NCBI GenBank assembly: GCA_002633005.1
Contig: NMRA01000306.1
Location: 423,568 to 487,567, forward strand
DNA from: Phoronis australis
Taxonomy: Eukaryota > Animalia > Phoronida
Length of the DNA stretch: 64,000 bases
Direction of reading: 5' to 3'
The translations under genes were made by a program, and so were the position numbers. Positions 11,730 through 25,430 of the stretch are shown here, one piece after another. The notes beneath the pieces were generated by a model. That model searched no databases. It was not told where the DNA came from and worked only from the letters and a program-made list of their open reading frames with translations. The stretch's first letter is position 1; the number at the start of each line of letters is the position of its first letter.

Positions 11730-14105
11730 CTTTAAAAAATACTAAGAACAATAAATCGCCAGGAACGGATGGTTTGAATTTTGAATTTTATAAATGTTTT
11801 TGGGAAGAAATCAATGGTCCTCTTTTTGAGTGTTTTGAATACAGCCTTGAAGTTGAAAATTGATCTCCCTCCCAAAATAGAGGAATTATAACTCTTATAC
11901 CTAAGTCTAAAGATGACTCGGAATTACAGTCATTAGATTTCTGGAGACCAATAACATTGTTAAACATTGATTACAAGTTGTTAACCAAAGTTCTGACGTC
12001 ACGTTTAAATAATTGCATGTAGCAATTGATACATACATGTATTAATCAAAGTGCCGTTAAAGGGAGATTTATTGGTTACAATATAAGAATAAAAGATGTT
12101 ATTGCATATACAAACTTAAATACAGTTCAAGGCCACATTCTATTTTTGTACTTCAAAAAAGCGTATAACACAATTGAATGGAAATATATTTATAAGGTTT
12201 TGCGTGCCTTTAATTCTGGCCCCAATTTTAAAAAATGGGTTAACATTCTAACAACTCCACTTTCTGTCCACTGACTATATTAAACTTAAAAGAAGTGTTA
12301 GACAAGGAGACTCATTGTCAGGTCAGTTATTTTATTTATGAGTAGAAGTAATGGCGAATTATATTAGAAAAAGTAATTAAATTATATGTAATAATATTGA
12401 AGGATAAGAATTTAAGGTATTGCAGTACGCTGACGATACAACAATATTTCTTCAAGACAAGACATCGGGTTCCAATTTATTAGACTTCCTTCAAAGTTTT
12501 GGGGAAGTCTCTGGATTAAAGTTAAATCCAAATAAGTGTGAAGGCCTCCATATTGGCAAGGATAAGGAATCCAATGAAATTTTGTATAACTTTAAATTGT
12601 CTGGAAAGCCAGTCAAATGTTTGGGCATATATTTTGGGCATAATAAGGAAAGAAAAAATGCGCGTAATTATGATGACAAAATTAAAAAAATTCAAAAAAC
12701 ATTAGATATATGGAAAAGCAACAATAGTTCCTTACTTGGCAGAATTAAGTTGATCAAAACTTTTGCTATGTCCAATATAATTTATGTTGTGAATACATTA
12801 GGTATGCCTCCTAATAAACGACTGGAGATAAATGATATCATCCAGAGTTTGATATGGCAAAAATAAACCCCCAAGAATTAGAAGAGATATTGCTGTAAAT
12901 AGTAAGGAAAGAGGAGGCTTAGCTGTTCCAGATGTCAACATTTTGTATAAGTTGTTAATTAAATGGAATAAGCCTTTTTAGAAGAAAAAAATAAAGAACA
13001 GGAGATATTCCCTAAATATGTTTATAGAAAGTATGGAAGTTCTTTAATTTTAAATCTAATTATGATTATAAAAATTTGCTTATAGAAATTTCAACCTATT
13101 GTGCTCTGATATGTTATAGTCCTGGGAGCAAATAACCGACTACTTTCATAAGAATGTTGGTCTAAAAATCGAGTTTTATGGAATAACAAAAATATTTTGA
13201 TAAATGAAAAACTGTGTTCTACATCAACTATTACAATGCTGGAATTTTTAGATTTCGAAAATAAATTATAACCTTGGGAGTTTTTAAAGGAAAGATACAA
13301 ATTAACCAATTGGATAAAGTACATTGCTCTGGCCAAGGCAATGAAAATTTCAGATAGTTCGGTTAATGATGGAGCCAGCAGCATGCACGACTTTGCACCG
13401 GATCGAATTGATACGCGATGGACAAAAGATGTGTTACTCTCCATAGAGACATCAGTTCCTGATGTAGATGCTTATTAGAATTATTTGCTGACCAACAAAT
13501 TAAACAGATTTATGTTATGCCTTTTAAGCTGTTGCCCCAACCCCATTTGAAAGTTTTTAAGTATTATCACATTCATAAAAAAAGTTTACACAAAATATGT
13601 TTTAAAGAAAATGAAAATAGTCCAAAACGATAAATGCTCATTTTGCATACTCGTAGAAACTTTTAATCACTTGTTTTTGGAATTTGAGCACTTGCTTTAT
13701 TTTTGGAATAAATTACAAACTTGGATTTCAAACGTCGTTAGAGATAACCTGCTACTTGTTGAAAAGCGTGTCCTGCTATTTGCATACTTTGGAGATCATG
13801 GCTATGAAATTAATCACGTATTAAAGTTAGCTCAGTACATGTACTTTATACATACTTGTTCGAAGTCTTCATGAATTCCTGTACTTCAGAGATTTCACCC
13901 ACTTTTATTTGACACTGTCAAGACATGGAAATTTATGAAATCTAGAGAATTATCCCCTGACTTTTTTGAAACCCTTATACATTCAGTATAAAGTCAAGCA
14001 GAGCTGGAATGTGCGAATGTGAGAGTGAATGTGTTTGTGATTGTTTTCTTTTCTACTGTATCCCATTGTTAATTTCAGTTTATGCAAATAAACTTATTAA
14101 AAAAC
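11730..14105 (+). mobile_element. 5'-truncated Tx1/L1-clade LINE (ORF2 RT plus zinc knuckle), degraded
   Basis: KSPGTDGLNFEFYKCFW, RGIITLIPK, WRPITLLNIDYKLLTKVL, QYADDTT, KERGGLAVPD, CSFC..ETFNHLF; 3' aataaa followed by A-rich tail at ~14087-14104. Confidence 0.92.
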
Positions 14106-15890
14106 AAGTATGCGCTCTCAAAATGGCGGCACATCCGCATCCAAGTAGACAAGAGCACAGGCCAAAGTTCAGGACTCAATTAACTCAAAACAAGTTCAAG
14201 GAACTATTATATACCATTTGTGGCAATTACTTCCCATTTAGTCCACAAAACACTATCCAACCCATTTTGGGGGAGCTACAAAGGCCTGTACAGTGATCTT
14301 AGACCAAACAACTGCAGAGGTCGCCGCCTCCATTTCAGTTAACCTCGACCGGAAACCTTTGTTAAAATGGGCGATTTATAATAGAATCACAAATTAACAC
14401 CCAAAAAAGTTGTCTTATACAGTGTAGCTTGGTCAAAGACAAGAATTACTTCAACAAGAATTCAATTCCATTCAAAATAACTTCAAAAATGCGTTTTCGC
14501 CATTAAAACCAGTTACCTTTTTGTTGTAACTTCGACGTGTTTTTTCTGGAAACTTTACATAAACAAAACTTGGTTTATTCTTTACAGTGTTTAAATCTTG
14601 TCTTCATATTTTAGAACGCTCGACGGGATACTTGATTGAAAACTGGAAGTTGGAAATGGATATAACGCAGACAGCTGATAAAGTAAGTACATTACACCAT
14701 AAGAAATAATTTCAATGGCTTGTATCTTCACATAAATATTTGGATAGTACTAAGCTACACTTATTGTGGCCTTTGTCGTTCGGTGAAAGATGTTTTTTAC
14801 GGAGGCTGAGAAGAATTCAATAAGCCGTGTTTTGTGAAAAAAATAAAATGGCATTGAACACGCATTCCGTCGAAGAATCCGTCTTTTGATTTGTAGGAAG
14901 ACAATTAACCGCTCTAAATTTGGTCTGAACGTGGCCCTTACTCAGTGCTGTGGTGGTATGCAGACGCCCAAAGCCCAGTGTATGATCTTGAGCACTGAAT
15001 TTTAAAAGTGCTGATTTATTTGTTGTGTCGTGTACTCAACCTCGTTCATTGAAGAATTGGGAAAAAATGAACTGCCCAATACATGTAGGCGACACAATAT
15101 TTTATGGCGCCGAAAGCCGACGCAAAATATTGCACGACGTCATAAGCTTTTAAAAATTCTCATTTTGTAAACAACATATCACAAGAACCATTTAAAGTTA
15201 GAAGATTTTTTTCTCATCAAATGATGCTTGACAGAAAGTTTGAGAGTAGCACTTCGGTCCCCGGATGTCCTGTCCGACTCCCGGGATTTTTGTTCTATAG
15301 GTCTGTCGTGTTTTGGGGGGCTCAGATTACTTGTTTTTGAAGGTGCAGGAGTCTGTTTTCGACTCTGGGATGTCTGCTTTATACCGGGATTCCTGTTTCG
15401 ATGGAACACCATTATTTTATGCTCATAACACCACCATTTTCTAATACAGTCATTAGATGGATACACACCAGTTGAAATCCCTCACTTACACATTCCATCT
15501 GGTGATGTCTAATTGAAGTTAAGATGATACTAAACTTTGCTCGATTTCACCCAAACCTTGTTCTGTCCCCCGTGGGTACATCATAAATGCCTCCGCTGGG
15601 ATTTATAAACATTTCCCAAGCATGGCGTTGCCTCATCTTGTCATTAAGTGAATCCCTGGTTCTTGGTTAGTGCTCTTTTTTCAAGACATGAAGCACGCAT
15701 TAAGCGTTGGCAACGCTTTAGCAGATCTTGCAAGAGTTTTTAAAAAACACCTCCAGACCTGTGGTGGTTTACCACGGTGACAGAGCGTTGTTTTATTTTA
15801 ATGGTTTTAATGAACGCGCCCTTGCTAGTCAGTATATGATGATAGCTTCATCAGGACATAATACCCTTTTAAGTGAAACAACTGACTTAC

Positions 15891-16094
15891 ACTCGTGTAT
15901 GAAGGTAATGGAAACAACATTTGTCGCTTCCTTTCAATTAACATCCTCTCCAAAAGTACAATTTGGTGTACATGTACTTTGTCACGAATTTTTGATTTAA
16001 AACACATTGTTGAAGGTCCACGAAGGTTACAGTGCAATATTTTGTTACTCGTTAATCTCGTTAAATAGGTTAAAAAGTACCATTTTAACTTGAT
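15891..16094 (-). CDS. Uncharacterised multi-exon gene, internal exon
   Basis: Acceptor ctgcacag, donor gtaagt; 68 codons IKLKWYFLTYL...FPLPSYTS; phase 0/0. Confidence 0.5.
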
Positions 16095-16429
16095 CTGTGC
16101 AGAGCTGGGGGTTATACAGACGTACAGTATGTATCGAAGAAGACGAGCTGCTGCGATATACATTGCCCCACTCGACAGATATTTGCGCGGGGTCGCCAGT
16201 ACAGGTATGTTACGAGTGCGACAATTTATGTCTCCTTAACCCAATTGATACAATTGAAAATACAAGTGTAACTTTGACCTGTGTCGTGAACAAACAATTT
16301 TTGGCACGAAGGTGCGTGGTTATTGCGAAGACTGCTTGAGTTTTACCGTCGGTTTGAAAGGGGTCAGGGACAAGCAGGCGACAGGATAGCAACACAGCAG
16401 ATTCTTTCCCAAAAATTAGTTGACTGTAC

Positions 16430-16530
16430 CCTTAAAATAGCGTTTTTGACGACACAGAGGTCCCTTTCAGTATAGTTTGGCAGCGACAGAGGTACAAACC
16501 CTGGGCAGTCGACCTGGACATATTTCGACC
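16430..16530 (-). CDS. Uncharacterised multi-exon gene, internal exon
   Basis: Acceptor ttttcaattgcag, donor gtacag; (G)SKYVQVDCPGFVPLSLPNYTERDLCVVKNAILR; phase 1 start matches 17915 exon end. Confidence 0.6.
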
Positions 16531-16789
16531 CTGCAATTGAAAACATATCCATCTATATATATTTATATGCAAAACTTGTTACAGACACAACACGTGTAGT
16601 TGTTGACAATCTTTGATAAATTATGTTCGTAGCCCCGGAACAAAATCGACATTCAACAGAACATTGGTGAAGTAACTGACCATTAGAAGATTTTATCAAT
16701 GAAGATGCGGCGGAAGTCCAATCGCTGTTACAGTATATGCTGATGACATGGTTCTGTGTTAGAGCACTCAAATTAATTTGCAAAGGACG

Positions 16790-17650
16790 TTAAACTGATT
16801 AGGGGGCATGAGTGTAAATCTGAAAAAAACTAAGATCATTGTTTTTAGAAATGGCGGGCCACTCAGAGCGTATGAGAAGTGAGATTACGGAAATCAATTA
16901 GTGGATGTTGTCTCCCAATAGAAATATCTTGGAATATTTTACACCAAAATTAGTTTGGTCCAAAGCAGCTACTATGACTTATGTCTAACCAGTGTACGAC
17001 GGAATTATCACTGAGTCTATCGCTTGAACTGTTGGATAAAATTGCTGTACCAACTATGTACTATGGTGCGGAAATCTGGGGATTAAAGAATATGAATGAC
17101 TTGAAAAAATATATGTCAAATTCTGAAAAATTGCTCTTGGAGTTGGAAATTCTTGCTCAAACGCAGCAGTATTGGGCGAATGTGGAATTTGTCCGCTCTA
17201 TGCAAAGTAGTATGTCACGTGTGTAAAATATTGGCTAAAGTTGTTGAAAATGTCACATACTAGATATGCTAAAGCATGTTAGCTGATTTAGATCGAAATG
17301 GAAGAAATTCTTGGGTATTTTATGTTAGACAATCGCTATCAAAATACGATTTTTGTGAAATTTGGTTGAATCAAGGTGTCACGTGCGAAGTGCGTTTTTA
17401 AGTACATGTATCTTCGCGAAAAAAGTTAATGACTGCTATGAGCAAGGTTTGGGATCAGAAATGGTAATTTTAAGACTGTGCTGTTTGAACCATATGTTAA
17501 GTTACTACTACCTCACCTAGTCTTATTCAACCGTTTACAGTACATGTACTCGGTCACGTTGCTCCAACCACACACTACAAGTGGAAGTGGGTATCACAAC
17601 AGATTATGTATTATTTGAAATGATGATCTTGTAGATGATGAATACCAAAC
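16790..17650 (+). mobile_element. Degraded RTE-X-like LINE fragment (intronic)
   Basis: VNLKKTKIIVFRNGGPLRAYEK, KYLGI, DKIAVPTMYYGAEIWG, KYWLKLLKM, RCSNHTLQVEVG; many disruptions. Confidence 0.8.
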
Positions 17651-17914
17651 TAATAACCTTAATGCGTACAAACTGGGGCCAGTGTTTCCTAGTAAGACTA
17701 GACGTTATCCACGTAAACCAGAGTGTACTCAAGCAAGGCTTAACAGACGCTTATTGTGAGTTCGCACAAAACTAAGATAGGAAATTCCAAAAATAAGATG
17801 GAGTTCGGTTTCGAGTCCAGAGTGATATCTGCGGAAAACGGGCCTTTGAATTCGACATGTTTTTTTTTAAACCAGAACAGTTAAACACTGTAATAATAAA
17901 GAAGCACAACGTAC

Positions 17915-18077
17915 CATAAAACGATCTGCTCTCCAGGACAGCAGTTACGTGATCCTTCCGTAACTTGTCGAATATGTTGTGATATTCCGCCAAGATATTC
18001 TGGATTTCAAAGGGACTGTAATCACTGCGTCCGTCCGAAATCCAATCAATAAATTCTTTTTCTTCTGATAACAGTTT
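17915..18077 (-). CDS. Uncharacterised multi-exon gene, internal exon
   Basis: Acceptor gatttcag, donor gtacgt; KLLSEEKEFIDWISDGRSDYSPFEIQNILAEYHNIFDKLRKDHVTAVLESRSFY. Confidence 0.65.
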
Positions 18078-19332
18078 CTGAAATCACACACCACAGTATT
18101 GATAAAGATAGTACCGATTCGCAAAATGATATATCGTGTTGAATAAAATTGGCTAGAGGTAGGAGTTAGGGTTCATTTCACTGCTTCCTGTATGCAGGGT
18201 AATTTAGGAATGTGTAGAGGGGGCTTGGTATTTATTTCATATTAACTAGCTCAAACGCATATTACACATCAAGTTTTTGGAAAGGCTGACTCGTCGTTAC
18301 AAGCTCTCGGTGTTTAATTTCAATTGCCCTAGACCTCTCAGTTCCAAGGAAAATGTAAGACCGTTTTGAGAAATTTTAATTAGCTTTTTGCACAACTTTC
18401 CGAGTGAAATGTGCCTCCTAAAGGCATAACACTGGCACAGCTTGTAACGAGAAATTCAACTGTTTTATTGATTTTGTGAACATTATTTTTGTCTGCCGCT
18501 GTCTCGAGATCTCCCAGTGCCCTCGGCTCAACCTACATGTAAGTAGAAACTTAGCGCCTATTGTGAGACATACGCGACCGTGAGTTAGTTTAAAATGAAG
18601 CAAGCCGATTTGTATGCCCCATTTTGGAAGCAAATTAACATGTAAAACAAAACTAAAACAACATGTAACCGTGTAAAAGTGACAGGCCTATTTGTAGAGT
18701 GCTTACGTAGAGCACGACTTGTGGGTCGACTTTTCGGGTTAGAATGGATAGTCTGGACAATCTCCCTATCAAATCAACATATCCAGCCAATCTAGTACGC
18801 GAGCAAAATTGAAAGCACAACTATATCCCTTCATCTTTGCCCCACAAACAATGGTTGTGAACGAACACTATATTTGTCTGACGATGCGCTTGGGGCATGG
18901 TCAATGCAGCTTAACGATAAACAAGGAACGCGCATGTTGCTGATGAACACATGCATATGTAGAAAACTTCACGATCAGCTTAATCAAAGTCTCAATAAAC
19001 TGGAAAATCAAGAAATTCAATTTCATAACATTTTACAAATTATGTTCATGTTATTTATTTTATTCATATCTAAATAATGAAAATCAATAATCAAACATGT
19101 CGAACATATAGTATGTAGGTGACTGAGCATGTGGTTTGCGGAAACGTGACCTCGTCAGTGACTCCAGACATTCTCTAATTACTATCACAAAAAACACAAG
19201 TCGACACTGAAAAATTCAAAGTGCAGTCAAATATTCTTGAGGAGTTTGTGATGCGAAACGGTTCTCCGGAAATCTTGGCTTAGTAATCGAACATAACTTA
19301 GAGTCCTGTTTGAAACAAGTGTTTATACGTAC

Positions 19333-19436
19333 ATGTACGATTCTTCTTTGAAACGATAAGAAATTAATTTGAACGACGCTTGGCATGTCAGTGGGTCGCC
19401 ATAATCTATGGCTCATAGTTGTATCAAGGAAAGCAG
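19333..19436 (-). CDS. Uncharacterised multi-exon gene, internal exon
   Basis: Acceptor ttgcttgcag, donor gtacgt; AFLDTTMSHRLWRPTDMPSVVQINFLSFQRRIVH; phase 0 end matches next exon. Confidence 0.5.
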
Positions 19437-19779
19437 CTGCAAGCAACAGTTAAATGCTTCTCATTATTCGATTTTGATTATGTTGTTTCTATGGTAAGAT
19501 CTAAAATGTAATGCAAAAAACACACGCTGTGGATATAATTGCAGCATCATGTTTTCGAAGGAATTCCGCTAAGCTGGCCTTGAGCTTATGGGGTCGTCGC
19601 TAAAGAAATTAGTGTGGGCTTGACCTGATTGCGTATGTCGAAACTATCCACTCGTGCGTCATTCATTTACAAAGTTAAAACCTACTCTCGTAGAACCGCC
19701 ACTGAAGTCATACATGTAGATATCGTCCCTTAAAAATTGCATAGTCATTCAACATTTAATGTATTTGAATTGTGAGCAC

Positions 19780-19989
19780 CTGCATATATAATGCGTTCAG
19801 CTGTTCTTCTTTAACGACTGTTTTGCCGTTGTTGTCGACGAGGTGGTCTTTCTTCCCTTCCGTTGCAAGGGAATAAAGTATGGCATGATCTATCAAAGAC
19901 TCGTTTATTCCCGCTACATCTCGTAAAGTGTTCCTCAGAACGTTCTCGTCCACGTCTTTATCTATGGTACAAAGAACCTTAAACTTCTC
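19780..19989 (-). CDS. Uncharacterised multi-exon gene, internal exon
   Basis: Acceptor tttatcttcaccag, donor gtgctc; 70 codons EKFKVLCTIDKDVDENVLRNTL...LNALYMQ; phase link to the next exon unresolved (possible small exon starting at 19599, RRPHKLKASLAEFLRKH). Confidence 0.6.
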
Positions 19990-20819
19990 CTGGTGAAGAT
20001 AAAAAATATGACAACTTACGCCACTTGGAAGTCACACGAATGGAAAATCACTAGGTAGGGATCTACAGACAGGAGTTAAAGTTATACCAAATACGCTACT
20101 GATTACTTGAAATTTCAGAGGTAATAACACTCTACAGTTGACATTCAGTCTACTAAAGGAACTGTCGTTATATGCAGTGGAATTAGTTTCGCGTCTTTTC
20201 ATTTAAAGTACTCTGCTAAGTCTACTCAAAACGTACGTACACCTTCATTATTTGCTTTTAATTTCTGGGAAACGGCGAAAATGTGTTCAGTAGGATATTC
20301 AATACACGACATAGAAATTTAGAAACAACATCATGGTAGAACCCGTCATTTAAATCCGAGCTCTTCACCGATTGTTGAAATGTACGAATTTAGTTACAAG
20401 ACAGTGCACAGAAGATACAAACAATTAGAGACTTTCAAATAGTAACGTGGTGACTGGTCACGAGGGACCGGATACTAGTGGCCTCTAGAGGAAGAGCAAG
20501 CACTACTGTATATAACTTTTGTCAAGTCACATACATTTTAAAAGGGTCTTTTCACAAAGTCAAACTGTTGCCCTAACCGCTGCGATCGAAGACAAAGTAT
20601 GTCCTTGGTAGAGTTCAGTAACGCTAGAACCTCGATATAAACAAGACTTCACGAGAGTATGTGAGATATCGCCATGTATTTTAAAAGATAATATTTGATT
20701 TTGGCTAGATTTTAGCGAGGTCCTAGCTCAGCTCCTAGCGTTATTGAACTCTACCCCGGTACAGCTAGGAGGCGATATGAGTCAGCGGTCCCACGTCTTG
20801 GCTAGTCAAGGTGTGTCAT

Positions 20820-21230
20820 TGTGTATACATAAAATGGTATATCTGACAAATAAATATGAAAGGCCAAAACATCATCACCAAGTTTTCAAAAATTGTCAAA
20901 GGACACATGCACGTAAAAATTATGTTCAGACATTCAATTTCTTTGAAATTAGGTATGAAACAGAAAGACCCTGACCAGTTTGAGTTATTCAAAATGCCAA
21001 TGTGTGCAACTATTTTCGATAATCTCTCCCAGTCTTTACACAAGTAGTTTTAAAGTACATTATCACCTAATTTTTATAATTCTGATTATCTGTAACGCTG
21101 TATTTTTTTCTTATTCTCTGGTGGCTCCGTAGACAGCGGACCCGTCGGGTCCTTCACGGAGTCTCCATAAGCGTAAATCAGTATCAACTGTATTTTACTT
21201 AAAGTGAATAAAGTGTACTAATACTACTAA
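20820..21230 (+). mobile_element. LINE 3' end (CR1/L2-like) with stem-loop and (TAC)n tail
   Basis: Nested hairpin ctccgt..ggaccc-gtc-gggtcc..acggag at 21125-21161, then aataaa and a tactaatactacta tail. Confidence 0.55.
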
Positions 21231-21504
21231 ATGTACCTTTAGAAGATATTCAAGTGAAGCGATGACTCGTTGGTTAATACTTTCACCAGGTGTTTCTGAA
21301 GTCATTGCCCTTTAGTCACCTGTCGAACAAAACAATTTTGACTCTTAAAAGTTAGAAATTGTTCGTAACTCATTTTACGAGTAAATAACGAATCATTGGG
21401 ATGGCCGAAATGTTAGCTCTCAGGAAACACCAATTTCTATCGTATATGTGTTTGCACCACTCTTTTTGTAGTGTACAATCTAAGCGCCCCGTACATGTAT
21501 GGCC

Positions 21505-21760
21505 AATCCAGAGCAGGTTCTAGACTCTCCAGCCAGTCTAGAACAGTTTGTACACAATCTTATCAGTACATAACAGGTTCTAGACTCTTCAGCCGGCCCG
21601 GAACAGATTCTAGATTCTAGCTTTTCCAGTCTGCCCAGAACAGCTTCTTGACTGTCCAATCAGTCTCCCGCCCCCTCTCCCTCTCTCTCCCTCTCTCTCT
21701 CTAACCTCCCTCTCTCTCTCTCTCTAACCTCCCTCCCTCCCTTCCTCCCTCTGCCTCCCA
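21505..21760. repeat. Degenerate ~30-bp minisatellite followed by CT-rich microsatellite
   Basis: Repeated (ag)aacaggttctagactct(c/t)cagcc units, then (CT/CCCT)n. Confidence 0.7.
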
Positions 21761-24700
21761 CCCAAAAGGCAACTGAGAAATGCGTCATTACATGTACCCA
21801 GGTTTGATGTCGAGGCTGGGGTAGCCTACAGTCTGAAAGTTTCGCTAAGCAGAATTAAAAGATCGAATAAAGCATGCATTGACTCTGGACCTTCATCCTA
21901 CACAGCTCATTTGCACCAGTTGTATTCGCCTTTTAGTTCCTATACATGTACAGAGTCAGTATTGACAGCCTACGCGGCTACAACTTTTACTATACATGCA
22001 TTGTGTCTAAGAAGTGAGTTTGTGCTTTAGAAAGACTGCGGTTCGTTACAACTTCAGACCTGGTTCAATATGTAAGTTTGACCCGTTGCTGATGGTTGTT
22101 CATTTGTTTTGCACACAAAACGACAATTGGAAATTAAAACTTTAAGCACTAAACATGGAGAATTTAAGTGAATTCACAAGCGGTTTCTGAGTTTTGAATA
22201 ACCATCCGCGATTGTGATCGCATGTTGGGATTACTACAGTCGTTTTAGATACTAAGTATTTTTTCACAAAAATCAAATTTTCAAATTTCCTCGTGAATTG
22301 AGAAAAATACACCGTGATTTTAAAAGTAGGCCTACACAGCAGTTAGTATAGATATATGTACACGTACATGTACATCGGGGAGACCATCAGACGCGACAAC
22401 CTCGCGAAAATGCAAGATCACGCAATACTTCGCGAGATATTGCCATGTATTACAAGCAAAGCGGGTGGTAACACTACATTGATCCTCAATATTTTTATTA
22501 AATATTCCTTACAAGAAACGCAATGAACAATAATAAGAGTTGAGCCCAGAAACAGCTAGAAAGGCATATCTGGGCGCAATAGTCAGTAGCGTCTAAGCTA
22601 AGCCGAGGACACACGCATAAAGTGCTCTACAGTAGTACGATGGCGTGCAGTTTTTGGTTTTGCAGATGACACCATAGATGAAAAATCTTTCACCCGTTAT
22701 GTCTTGTTAACACAGTGGGTTAAAACCAGAAGCATGATGGGTACAAAAGTGACGTAAGCAGTCATGAGCCTCCTGTTCATTATGTCATTTGGACATGAAA
22801 ACTCGTACATGTAAGTGAATCTTCATATCCACCTTGCTACGGCTATTGAAGTACGCAAAACGCCTCGTTCTACACATGGAGGTCTTACAGGCCCCGAGTT
22901 TTTAGTCTCCAAGAGAACATCTAAAACACGCAAACAATTACAATTTAAAGCAAACCTTAGAATATGTACTTACTTGCACGAAGAATAGTGCAATTTGTTA
23001 AAACGCGATTATACATGTAGTCAATCGATGACCCAGGGAGTTTCAGGATATCTAACAAAAATCGATTATTGATTGAAATATACCAGTGCAGAATATTGAC
23101 AGTCCGTTCTTATTTACGACACTTGATTATCGATGGTCACTGGCTAATTAAGGTGGTCGTGAATTATTAATGGAAACTTGGGTTGAACGTCTGTTTATAC
23201 TGACTGTTCAAATTACGCAAAACGCAAATCAAACTTCACAAGGATCTGCTGAGATAAGACATGTGGGGTAATTTTGTAGATGAATAGTTGTGAAGCCATA
23301 AGACAACTTTGTCCCTGACTGGCTTCCACACATGTAATGTCAGAATGATGAAACCACTCAAGTGTTCGCGAAATATCGCCGTGTGTTACCTCGCTAGTCC
23401 TTGCGTGTCTGCTGGGGGGATGGGGACATGTAGGTATCATTCAGCAACACACATTTTGTCACTGGTTGATGTAATTTCGGCAGTCTTTGGTTAGATTTAT
23501 AACAAAGACAGTAAATGTCGAACTTTGAACAATCTTTAGCCTTGTAAACATCTCCGCGAACCAAATTTTCTCTCTGCAAAGTCAATCACGTCAGAAAAAA
23601 CGATTTAACTGTCATTCCAGGAGAGCACCAAAAAGTCGACTATAGGGTCACCGACTCAGATCTTGAAAAAAACTGTCTGTTCATTCTCTTGAGCTATGTT
23701 CAAGATGTTTATATTTGAATTTTTTCGTGTCATCATTTTTTAAGTTTGAGCATCATGAATATTTTGCCTCAAAATACCCCATTTTTGGTACAAGAAGCTG
23801 GAGTTCGTGAATTTGCTTTAAAACAGCTCAAAAGAATGGGAAAGAAAAAATCTTTAGAATGCTTATGTAGACATTGTACCTACATGTATCTATCAGAAGA
23901 CAGTCTTCGCATTTTGAAGGAGTTTTAGTTAGCCTTCAATGGAGTGCCAAAGTTCGGTAAATTTTGCCCAATTTTGTGTTTTTGATTTTAGCCATTTTTA
24001 AGGTGTTATGGGGACCCGTTTGCGGGGTGCTGGTGATTTCCAATAATATTTTCCACCAGTTTGCTGTCTGACTAAGAAAATAAAACAATAAGAATGAGCT
24101 ATTTTGTTTTTCTTCAAGCAGCAACCAAAGGACATACATGTACCATCGCGTATTTTACAGTGCCTGACTACGTGCAGTATGCAATTGTATCTCATAAACC
24201 TCATCAAGGGTCTTCTGTAATTATTGCAAATGTGTTTCTTTGGTGATCAAATCAGTTGATGTCAATTTTTATGTAATTCTTTACCCTGATAGCAGTTTCA
24301 ATAAATAGATTTTTTGGTGAACTTTCAAGAAATTTGACCAAAACGTTTCCACCGTAGAAATGATTGCACATGCAGGCTTGAAACGAAGTTTCGATATTAA
24401 TCATGAATACATTCTGTTACATTTTGTTTTCTGTGTACTATTGTACCTGAGGATGACTTTGGTTAATAACGAAACATCGTTTACATGCTGCACTTTAGCG
24501 TCACTTTTGTTTCCCACTTCTTACTTCTAATTTGGCCATAAACTATTATCATTTACATGCATGTTTTCGAATTATTCTAAACTGCACTGTCCAACCACTG
24601 ACAATTTTAACACTTTGAAAACCGTTCATATGTCTACCTGTGCGCCCCCTGACTCATGTTGTGCCCTGGGCAACCAAGGATTTCTACTGATACAATAGTT

Positions 24701-25073
24701 GTTTAATTAGTATTTTTGAGTACAAAAACTGAATCACCGTAACCTCTAACACAGATATTTTTCGTGAAGTAAAAACCGCTTACAATACACTGTTATCAGC
24801 GAAACTTTAGGTGGTTTGTTGTGTCACTTCTTCAAAGCTTTAACTGTATTTTAATTATGATCATCGTAGGAAATAAATGTCTTGAGCCGCTTTAGTTTTA
24901 TTGTTTTACCGTGACTATTAAACATAACATCGGTCGGAGATGGACAACTTTATTGACAAATCTTACAGCAGTGCGCTTACTTCCAATATATATAAGTATT
25001 ACCCTATTCCCACAAAGAGATCATTAGTGCCTGAATACTAGCAGCTCGCTGTTCGACCACAACCTAAGCAACA

Positions 25074-25430
25074 GTGCCGTTTACATTACAAAAGTTGACA
25101 CGGATCAGCTGACACGGAACGAATTGTTCCAGTGTGTAAACGGCACTGACACGGAACAAATTGACACCGCGGTGACAACTTTTGCCTCCCGTTTGGTAGG
25201 TAGAGCAATTTGCGCTCGAACATCTTGCTTCGAGTCAATCGCATGTCTAAACGCTTAACTAGGGCAAGGCGGAAAGGGTCATCTCTACTGCGCATTCCTA
25301 ATGGCCTACGTACAGGTTCTTTGTCTCTGCAACTCTCGTCATTTGTAAACCTGCGCAAGTGCGATCCAGTCTCTCCAACCTGCAATTTCCGTCTTGCCAC
25401 AGTTATTGAGTTGTGTGTGTAAACGGACGC
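25074..25430. mobile_element. Putative MITE with ccgtttaca/tgtaaacgg termini and an internal foldback
   Basis: gtgccgtttaca at start; tgtaaacggcac at ~25135 and gtgtaaacgg at ~25420; repeated tgacacggaac. Confidence 0.5.
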
